64,000 nt of DNA, from the IMG/VR virus record IMGVR_UViG_3300005937_000014, positions 4,363 through 68,362 of that record. The stretch is one strand, 5' to 3'. A program made the position numbers and the translations under genes. The DNA comes from a virus (Duplodnaviria; Caudoviricetes). Each line of letters starts with the position of its first letter. Positions within the stretch are counted from its first letter, which is position 1. The notes under the pieces are model-generated. The model was not told the origin of the DNA. It ran no database searches and was given only the letters and a program-made list of their open reading frames with translations. Below are positions 53,944-61,156 of the stretch, piece by piece.

Positions 53944-54684
53944 GTGCCCGACCAAGAGGCAGAGCGGCTGTTCGAGCTAGACGAGATCGAGGAAGTGCCG
54001 CTGCTGCGACCGATGCCGCGGCGGCGCTCCCAGGGGGACGTTCGCTTCCGGGGCGAGTACCCGCTCGACTGGAACCGCTGCACCCTCTGCGGCGGCAACT
54101 ACGTGAACACGATGGGTGAGCCGTGCCCGCGCTGCCTGGGGATGGGGAGCGTGAAGGCGCGCGTGCGCCTGGAGGCGGACCATCGCTGCCTGCGCTGCCA
54201 GCACCCGTACATCCCGAAGGCCGACGCGAAGATCCTCGGCAAGAAGCCGTCCTGGAGGCCGGAGGGCTGGTCGAACTGCGACGAGCGGTGCGTCCACAAG
54301 GGGCCGATCCGCGCGGCCGGGGAACTGCTCGACAGCATCGAGGATGCCCGCACGCTCGCGAAGGTGATGGAGTGGAAGCGCAGGCTCGGAGAGGAAGTCC
54401 CGCGCGTCTGGATCGAGGCGCAGTGGCGCGTGCTGACCGTCCACCACGCCGACGGTGACAAGGCCAACCTGGCCTGGTGGAACCTGCTCGCGCTCTGCCA
54501 GCGGTGTCACCTGGAGATCCAGCACAAGGTCGTGATGGAGCGCATCTGGCCGCACGAGCACTCGGCGTGGTTCAAGCCCTTCGTGGCGGGCTACTACGCC
54601 TGGGTCTACCTCGGTGAGCAGTTGCCACGCGAGGAGACGATGGGACGGCTGGAGGAGCTTCTCGCGCTGGAGCGCGCCGCCTGA
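53944..54684 (+). CDS. HNH endonuclease with zinc fingers
   Basis: CTLC..CPRC..CLRC and LTVHHADGDKANLAWWNLLALCQRCHL. Confidence 0.8.
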   Translation: MPDQEAERLFELDEIEEVPLLRPMPRRRSQGDVRFRGEYPLDWNRCTLCGGNYVNTMGEPCPRCLGMGSVKARVRLEADHRCLRCQHPYIPKADAKILGKKPSWRPEGWSNCDERCVHKGPIRAAGELLDSIEDARTLAKVMEWKRRLGEEVPRVWIEAQWRVLTVHHADGDKANLAWWNLLALCQRCHLEIQHKVVMERIWPHEHSAWFKPFVAGYYAWVYLGEQLPREETMGRLEELLALERAA

Positions 54685-54795
54685 TGCAGTACGTGACCGT
54701 GACGCCAGGGAGCAGCTTGCCGCCGGGGCCGGGCAGATCCGGCTGTTGCCCGAGGTCGCGGGGCAGAACCGGATGGAGGAGACGCTCCTGACGCT

Positions 54796-55549
54796 ATGAG
54801 GGTGCTACTGCGGGGAGTGCGGGCCGTCGCCTTCGACCACTACCCGGTCGTGCGCGAGGTGACCGAGCGGCGCGGCAAACTTCCGCAGGTGGGCGACGAG
54901 GTGATCGTGCAGTACCGCGGGCGCGTGAAGCTCGTGGCCGGGGACGAGGTCGAGGTGATCTTCGATGAGCACGCGCTGCCGGAGATCGTCGCGATCAACC
55001 GGGTGAAGAAGCAGTGACGATCCGGCAACTCGTGCGGCGCGGGATCGAGCGGGCACGCGACCGTGAGCGTCAGCACCCGATGGTGGCGGGCACGCTGACC
55101 GGGGCGATGCGTCAGTTCGACGCGCGGCTGCCCGAGTCGCTCCGGCCACGCCGGACGGCGCTGCGTTGCTACCGGATCGTCGGCCCCGGCATGAGCCAGT
55201 GCAACGAGCCGCTCTACCAGTGGCCGGGCAGCAGCCACCTGTTCTGCTACGAACACGGCCAGGTGACGCGGTGACGACGCTGCTCGTGTTCGCGGGCCTG
55301 CTCGGCTACGGGTTGCTCGTGCTCGCGCTCGTGCGGCGCGGCGGCGCGAGGGTTCACCGAAGGCGGGAGGAGCAGCAGTTCGCGGAGATGCTTCTGGCCG
55401 TGCGGCGAGCGGAGCAGTCGATCCAGGCGCTCGGCAAGTCCTTCGCGGCGATGCTCCCGGCGATGCAGCGGGCCGCGCGAGCGTTCGAGGCGTTCCAGGC
55501 AGCACAGACTGACCAGGACTACGGCCCAGACGACCCGAGGCTGTGCTGA
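54796..55549 (+). other. Three tiny overlapping genes (54796-55017, 55014-55274, 55271-55549 with TM helix)
   Basis: Overlapping start/stop codons, codon bias. Confidence 0.5.
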
Positions 55550-55561
55550 TAGAACCGATGG

Positions 55562-55918
55562 GTGGCCTGCGTCGCCGTCGCCTGGCTCGCCCTCGCCCTC
55601 GCCATGCCGGTCAGCAAGTGCGACCTCGGGAACGGGATCGCCGGGCAGTCGGTGTGGTGGGAGGCACCTCGCATCTTCATCGACCGGGACTACTATCCGC
55701 GCACGTGGGAGGCGGATGTGGCGACAGCGAAGGCGACCTACGTGATCGCGCACGAGCTAGGTCACATCCGCCTTCGCACCCCGGCCGAAGGTGAGGCCGA
55801 CGCCTGGGCGCGGGCGAACTGGTGCCTGGTCGTGAACAAGCTGCGGCCCCGCCAGCCGCGGATGCCCACCTGCTTCCGGCTCTGGCGGCTGCTGCCGCGC
55901 GCCTGGAGGACACAGTGA
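55562..55918 (+). CDS. Putative secreted zincin (HExxH)
   Basis: Hydrophobic N-terminus, YVIAHELGH, EGEADAWA. Confidence 0.55.
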   Translation: MACVAVAWLALALAMPVSKCDLGNGIAGQSVWWEAPRIFIDRDYYPRTWEADVATAKATYVIAHELGHIRLRTPAEGEADAWARANWCLVVNKLRPRQPRMPTCFRLWRLLPRAWRTQ

Positions 55919-56385
55919 GCGCCTACCCGCTCTTTCCGACCTGGCCGCAGGTGCGCTGCGCATCTTGCGGGCTGCTCTACCGGTTCGAGCACGGCGTCTG
56001 CCCGGACTGCGGCATCGAGCGGTTCTACACGCAGATGGACGTGCCGGTCGGCTTCGAGGTCACGACCGTGAGCTTCGGCACACCGTCCGACGCGGTCGGG
56101 CATGATCGGCGCGGTGTCCGAGACGCTCACGAGATGGCCCGCCGGACGGAGGTCACGCGACGACTGGCGGTGGAAGCAGATCGAGAAGCAGGAGTGCCGG
56201 ACAACCTGCGGCTGGCACGGGTGCGGCTGGTCGGTCGAGGGGAGGCACATCGAGAACCTGGCGCGCCTTGACCGCCACCGGCTGCGCGCCCACCCCGACT
56301 TTGTCCCCTACAAGCGCCCGCGCGTGCCGCGCGCGGCCAGGGTCGGCGCGCGAACCATCCTCTGAGGCGGCGTACACTCTGGGCC

Positions 56386-56589
56386 GTGCGCATCACCGCA
56401 CAGAGTCTCGACGGCCGCTACCTCGTGATCGACGGGGAGCGCGTGCTCGACACGCACGAGCGCACGCTCTCGCAGCCGAAGTCGTCCGCCGACCTCGGGA
56501 CCGGCTGGCACCCCTACCGCGGCCCGCAGAACCTCGCCCGGCGGCTCCGCGACGTGGACCCGGTCGATGAAGTGAGCGTGACGACGTGA
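56386..56589 (+). CDS. Small hypothetical protein
   Basis: -10 TACACT about 7 nt upstream of the GTG (leaderless). Confidence 0.5.
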   Translation: MRITAQSLDGRYLVIDGERVLDTHERTLSQPKSSADLGTGWHPYRGPQNLARRLRDVDPVDEVSVTT

Positions 56590-58190
56590 GCATGGTCGTC
56601 ACCGACCTGGAGAATCTGCGTGACGAGATCGAGCGCACCGCCGCACGTGACGACCTGACCAGCGAGGAGCGCCGGGCGCTGTTGACCGCACTCCGCGCCC
56701 GGCTGACCGAGGCGACCGGCCTCTGCGACCGCTACCTGGCCGACGAGGATCGTGTCCGTGAGGGCGAGGCGCAGATCGCCTGGGAGCAGCGCGAGCGCCT
56801 GTACGCGAACGCCGACCTGCGCGCCCAGCTACTCGACCGCGGCCTGGCGACCGAGGACGAACTCGACAACCTCGGCTACTTCTCGCACGCCGATCTGGAG
56901 AAGCTCAGCGAGGCCGGGCGGCTGGAGGAGGCCGTCGAGTGGCTGGAGAAGCTGCACCCGCGCGAGCGGACCGGCAAGTTCAAGGAGAAGTTCGGCTCGT
57001 GGCTCCGCAGCAACCTGCGGTTCAAGTCCCCACCGAAGGAGCCGCTGGTTGGCCCACGCCGCCGACCGCGCACCCCGGAGGCTCCGTCCGCACCCTCTCC
57101 TCCGACGGAGCCACCGGAGGTGCCGGACGAGTTCGCGCAGAAGCGGACAGCGATGGAGAAGCGGGTGGCCGACTTCGTTGCCAGCGGGCTGGAGCGCGCG
57201 AAGCTGACCGACGCCGAGCAGCACTTCAACGAGGCGGGCGCAGTCAGCCAGCGGACGCTGCTCCAGTACGTCAACGACGCGGCGACGCAGCCGCGGAGCA
57301 TCGACCGCTACTCGACCGTGGACGCGAACGGCGTGCGCACCTGGGACGAGTCGCGGCGCGATCTGCACGAGGCGATCATCGACATGTTCCTGCGCCAGCG
57401 GGTGTTCAACCCGGACGGCGACGGCGGCAAGGGGACGTGGGAGTTGTCGGCCGAGGCACCGCCGCTGGAGGGCGTCGAGAACCCGGAGGTGCTGTTCTCG
57501 GGAGGCGGCTACGCGGCCGGGAAGTCGAGCGTGCTCAAGATCAACCGCGCCGCCGGGAAGGAGCCGGAGTCCGGGTACGACGGGCCGACGCTCGTGCTCG
57601 ACCCGGACATGATCAAGGCGCAGCTACCCGAGTTCCAGGCGCTGCTCGGCTCCGACCCGGAGGCGAACCTGCTCGTCTACGAGGAGGCGTGGCTGATCGC
57701 CCAGGAGATCCAGGCGCGCGCCCAGGAGCGGAAGCTGAACATGGTCGTGGACGGGATCTCGGACACCTCGCCGGACGAGATGATCCAGCGGGCGCAGAGC
57801 TTCTTCGACAACGGCTACACGGGCAAGGCGATCTACGTGGACATCCCGACCGAGGAGGCGATGCGCCGGGCGGAGAACCGCGCCCGCAACGCGAAGGACG
57901 ACTCGGACAAGCGGCACATCCCCGAGGTGATCATGCGCGCCGTCCACCGCGACGTGAGCGCGACCGTGCCGAACATGCTCCGGCGACTGGCCGAGGACAA
58001 CATCCCGCTGGAGGTCGAGGTGTGGGACAACGACCAGGGGAAGGACGAGCAGGGATCGTTCCGCCCGCCGAAGCGGCACATGCACTACGTGCCCGGCACG
58101 GGCGAGAACGTCGAGGACGAGTTCCTCTGGGGGCGCTTCAAGGGGAAGGCCCAGGAGGAGATCAAGCTGCCCGGCGGCACCACGGCGTGA
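56586..58190 (+). CDS. LHPR-tagged zeta-toxin-like P-loop kinase
   Basis: WLEKLHPRERTGKF tag; LFSGGGYAAGKSS (Walker A), VLDPDMIK, NMVVDG, RA.NRA...RHIPE (zeta/AAA_33 pattern). Confidence 0.8.
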   Translation: MSMVVTDLENLRDEIERTAARDDLTSEERRALLTALRARLTEATGLCDRYLADEDRVREGEAQIAWEQRERLYANADLRAQLLDRGLATEDELDNLGYFSHADLEKLSEAGRLEEAVEWLEKLHPRERTGKFKEKFGSWLRSNLRFKSPPKEPLVGPRRRPRTPEAPSAPSPPTEPPEVPDEFAQKRTAMEKRVADFVASGLERAKLTDAEQHFNEAGAVSQRTLLQYVNDAATQPRSIDRYSTVDANGVRTWDESRRDLHEAIIDMFLRQRVFNPDGDGGKGTWELSAEAPPLEGVENPEVLFSGGGYAAGKSSVLKINRAAGKEPESGYDGPTLVLDPDMIKAQLPEFQALLGSDPEANLLVYEEAWLIAQEIQARAQERKLNMVVDGISDTSPDEMIQRAQSFFDNGYTGKAIYVDIPTEEAMRRAENRARNAKDDSDKRHIPEVIMRAVHRDVSATVPNMLRRLAEDNIPLEVEVWDNDQGKDEQGSFRPPKRHMHYVPGTGENVEDEFLWGRFKGKAQEEIKLPGGTTA

Positions 58191-58209
58191 GCTTGTAGCG
58201 CACGTCGTC

Positions 58210-58238
58210 TTGACACGATGTGAGTCACGTGAGAGCAT
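58210..58238 (+). promoter_or_regulatory. Promoter of the RAMP/array locus (TTGACA-17-GAGCAT) with a degenerate operator ACAC-gat-GTGA over the -35
   Basis: TTGACA 58210-58215, ACACGATGTGA 58213-58223. Confidence 0.5.
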
Positions 58239-58294
58239 CGCGTGCTGACTCCACCAAGCCTCGGTAACAGGCGAGGCGGGAAGGACAGCACACG

Positions 58295-58900
58295 ATGAAG
58301 CTCTACCTCGTGGCCGACGGCCGCGCAGAGTCGGGCGGGTCGCCGCTGATCATGCACAGCGACCGGCTCGTAGATCCTCTCGATGAGTGGACGCGCAAGA
58401 TCGCGGCGCTCACCAGCAAGCGCAAAAGGACCGAGGAGGATCACGTCGCCATCGGTCGGCTGGAGTTCGAGGGCGGCATGTACCAGAACGGCAACGGGCC
58501 GTGCGTCCCGGCCCTCAACATCCTGCGCTGCTTGCAGGAGGCGGCATCGCGGCATAAGCGGGGCAAGGACGTGAAGCGCGGTGTCTACCCGCGCGAGCAG
58601 CACGCAGACCTCCAGTACGAGGGGCCGCGTGACGTGGACGAGTTGTGGAAGGCGGGCACGTTCGCGCTCCGCAAGCCCGTCGGCGTGAACCGGGGCCAGT
58701 CGCGCACGGTGCGCACCCGGCCGATCTTCCAGGACTGGCAGCTTCGGTTCCTGATCGAAGTCGATCCGCTGATCTTCGACCGGGACGCCATTGTGCAGTT
58801 CTGGCGGGAGGCGGGGGTTTATGAGGGGCTGGGCGACATGCGCCCGATCTACGGCAGGTTCAAGGGCGATGTCCAGGACGCTCCCAAGGACGCGGTATGA
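58295..58900 (+). CDS. Stand-alone Cas7/RAMP-like protein (Vipr-like candidate)
   Basis: N-terminal beta strand plus SPLIMH, central P..NI..CL.EAA, R..F.DW.L.F.I, and a C-terminal Gly-rich loop GLGDMRPIYGRF characteristic of RAMP/Cas7-group proteins. No other cas genes nearby. Confidence 0.72.
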   Translation: MKLYLVADGRAESGGSPLIMHSDRLVDPLDEWTRKIAALTSKRKRTEEDHVAIGRLEFEGGMYQNGNGPCVPALNILRCLQEAASRHKRGKDVKRGVYPREQHADLQYEGPRDVDELWKAGTFALRKPVGVNRGQSRTVRTRPIFQDWQLRFLIEVDPLIFDRDAIVQFWREAGVYEGLGDMRPIYGRFKGDVQDAPKDAV

Positions 58901-59091
58901 GCCATCCCTACGACCAGTTCGTACACGTGCTGACGCGAATCGCGCAGGCGACGAGCATCAAGCGCGTGATGACCGAGGACGAGATCCGCTTCCAGCGGAA
59001 CGGCGGGCCGACGGCGGAGTTGATCGAGCGGGTGACGGCGGAGTTGCCGAAGCTCGAAGCGATTGCGCGGCGGCTGGAGGCCGACCTCTGA
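58897..59091 (+). CDS. 64-aa accessory protein between the RAMP gene and the array
   Basis: ATGA overlap with the RAMP gene; its stop codon abuts the first pentamer. Confidence 0.6.
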   Translation: MSHPYDQFVHVLTRIAQATSIKRVMTEDEIRFQRNGGPTAELIERVTAELPKLEAIARRLEADL

Positions 59092-60059
59092 GGCGCGGCG
59101 AGGCAAGGCTCCCCTTACTGGGCGTGGCGAGGCTCCCCTGCTCCGTCCGACGGAGCGAGCACGAAGCCAGGCGGTACCCGGCATGGCATGGCCCGGCTAG
59201 ACCAGGCTCGGTGTGACTAGGCAGACCACGTGCTCGGCTTGGCGCGGCATGGTTGGGCATGGCACGGTTCGGCTGGGCGTGGCAAGGCTTCCCTGCTCCG
59301 TTCGACGGAGCGAGCAGCCCGGCGGGGCGAGGCGAGGCTTGGTGCGGCGTGGTAGGGCATGGCGTGGCGCGGCAAGGCTCCCCTTGGCGGTGCCGGGCTT
59401 GGCTTGGCGCGGCGGGGCAAGGCTCGGCCAGGCACGGCTTGGCGAGGCTCCCCTCTGGCGCGGCAGGACTTGGCATGGCCCGGCAAGGCTCGGTACGGCT
59501 TGGCAGGACTCGGCTGGGCAAGGCTTCCCTCTCGGCTGGTCTGGGCAACGGCGGGGCATGGCGCGACCGGGCCGGGCTGGGCACGGCAGGACTTGGCTCC
59601 CCTCTCGGCGCGGCAGGTCTTGGTCGGGCGTGGCCGGGCATGGCACGGCTTGGCGAGGCAGGGCGAGGCTCCCCTCTCGGGGCTGGGCGTGGCGCGGCAG
59701 AGCACGGCAGGTCGTGGCAGGTCGCGGCGGGACTAGGCGGGTTCGGCTTGGCAGATCGTGGCTCAGCAGGGCAGGACAAGGCTCCCCTCGTGGCTAGCCG
59801 AGGCCCGGCAAGGCGTGGCCTGTCCGGGCAGGACGTGGCTGGTCGGGGCAAGGCGAGGCCCGGCCTGGCGCGGCACGGCTTGGCCTGGCACGGCCTGGCA
59901 TGGCGCGGCTCGGCTCGACTAGGCGCGGCGTGGCTCCCCTCTCGTGGCTAGGCTCGGCTTGGCCTGGCGCGGCCAGGTATGGCATGGCTCGGCTCGGCAA
60001 GGCGAGGCCCGGCTAGGTACGGCCTGACACGGCTTGGCGGGGCTGGGCAAGGCTTCCCT
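59092..60059 (+). repeat. Array of phased GG(C/T)-NN pentamers in about 10 units delimited by GGCT(C/T)CCCT (candidate guide-RNA array)
   Basis: Delimiters at 59107, 59131, 59286, 59376, 59446, 59522, 59595, 59667, 59780, 59932, 60051. In-phase runs of 10, 11, 12, 13, 12, 28 and 21 pentamers. Two GCTCCGT-(C/T)CG-ACGGAGC hairpins. Confidence 0.9.
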
Positions 60060-60074
60060 AACGGGCGGCTCGTG

Positions 60075-60353
60075 ATGATGCGAGCCGCCCACCCTCCTAC
60101 ACTGGTGCGCGTGAGGCTGTACGAGATCGTCCGCGAGGACGAATTCGGGGTCGCCGTCGCGGAGGCCGTCGAGTTCGAGAATGGCTCCGTCGCCGTCGGG
60201 CCGTACATGCTGTCCGACCCGCCGAATGTGAGCGTGTTCGCCAGTCTGGACGACATGCTGCTCGTCCACGAGCGGCGCGGCGAGCGGCGCGTGGTCGGCC
60301 GGGAGACGCCGGACGACTTCCTCGGCGGGGATGACCTGACGCCAGCGGCGTAG
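60075..60353 (+). CDS. Conserved small actinophage protein
   Basis: GVAVAEAVEFENGSVAV...SVFASLDDM...H motif. Confidence 0.6.
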   Translation: MMRAAHPPTLVRVRLYEIVREDEFGVAVAEAVEFENGSVAVGPYMLSDPPNVSVFASLDDMLLVHERRGERRVVGRETPDDFLGGDDLTPAA

Positions 60354-60459
60354 ACTGCCGCCGGGCGGCGGGGTTACCTTCGACGGGACACGCCGCCCTC
60401 TCCGCGAGATTCCCCCGTTCGGGTGAGCGCACGCTGTTCGATTCTGGCGTAGGGTGAGC

Positions 60460-60520
60460 GCGAGCTACTGACCCGCCGAAGTCGTCCGCTATGCGCACTT
60501 GCCGCCGGAGTCACTAGCCC
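60460..60520 (+). ncRNA. Conserved 61-nt 5' leader, copy B (candidate cis-regulatory RNA)
   Basis: 58/61 identical to the reverse complement of 14159-14219; follows the -10 TAGGGT (60450-60455). Confidence 0.55.
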
Positions 60521-60548
60521 CAGCAGACTCACTAGCACCGGAGGCTTC

Positions 60549-60947
60549 ATGACTCACTCGTCGTACGACCGGCGCGAGGGCGGCACGCTCGCGGAGGCCC
60601 GTGCCGGAAACAAGTTCATTGGCATCAGGGACGGCAAGGAGTATCTCGTGACCAGGACCGGCGCTCCGGCGGGGCTGGAGGCCATCGACCTCGCGACCGG
60701 CAAGGCGCGCAAGCCCTGGGCGTACACCACCAAGGTGGCGGCGCTGCTCACCCCGACGCCGGACACGGACTGGGTCGGCGTCTACGAGGCGGCGGAGATC
60801 CTCGGGATCGAGCGGTCGCGCTTCCCGAAGTGGATCGCCGCGGGGATCGTGCCCGAGCCAGCCGCGAGGCTTGCCTGCGGGCCGGTCTGGTTCCGCTGGC
60901 AGATCGAGGCCGTGCGGATCGAGCGCGAGCGGCGGCGCAACCGGTAG
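60549..60947 (+). CDS. MTHSSY-domain protein fused to an AlpA/MerR-like HTH
   Basis: N-terminus paralogous to 13914-14129; C-terminal VGVYEAAEILGIERSR...W...G..PEPAARLACGPVW matches the HTH repeats in 9015-9479. Confidence 0.75.
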   Translation: MTHSSYDRREGGTLAEARAGNKFIGIRDGKEYLVTRTGAPAGLEAIDLATGKARKPWAYTTKVAALLTPTPDTDWVGVYEAAEILGIERSRFPKWIAAGIVPEPAARLACGPVWFRWQIEAVRIERERRRNR

Positions 60948-60951
60948 CGAA

Positions 60952-60967
60952 TCCCCCGTTCGGGGGG
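60952..60967 (+). terminator. Hairpin after the HTH gene
   Basis: CCCCCG-tt-CGGGGG. Confidence 0.4.
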
Positions 60968-61127
60968 CTGCGCATGTCGTGTCGTCAGGTAGGGTGCCGC
61001 CCACGACAACGCCCTCCGACGGCCGCGCCCACGGGGCGGCACGATGGGCGCGCCGCACCTGTGTTGTCGAGGGGGCGGAGGCTTCGGTGTCCGGGCGGGC
61101 GTCCGAAGCTCCCGCCCCCGCTCCCCC

Positions 61128-61156
61128 TTGACAGGTCGCTCACGTCGGACTACCGT
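61128..61156 (+). promoter_or_regulatory. Canonical promoter TTGACA-17-TACCGT
   Basis: TTGACA 61128-61133, TACCGT 61151-61156; preceded by a long GC hairpin (61071-61119). Confidence 0.7.

Noticed and set aside
55915-56365. Firm gene calls for overlapping ORFs 55915-56271 and 56102-56365
   Set aside because: Both have plausible Cys motifs but overlap by about 170 nt in different frames; I cannot decide which is real or whether there is a frameshift.
58958-60000. ORFs across the pentamer array (59197, 59213, 59217, 59253, 59359, 58958, 59794)
   Set aside because: Their low-complexity ARHG/AWRG/PCRA translations in several frames on both strands are a by-product of the 5-nt periodicity; there is no RBS or codon bias.
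59092-60059. Canonical CRISPR array
   Set aside because: There are no 23-47-nt identical repeats with unique spacers and no cas1/cas2; the constant element is a 3-nt motif plus a 9-nt delimiter.
59092-60059. By-eye attempt to match decoded NN strings to the phage's own ACAC-N3-GTGT promoters
   Set aside because: Only 3 consecutive dinucleotides matched in one trial register, which is chance level. A proper gapped search could not be run, so self-targeting is neither supported nor excluded.
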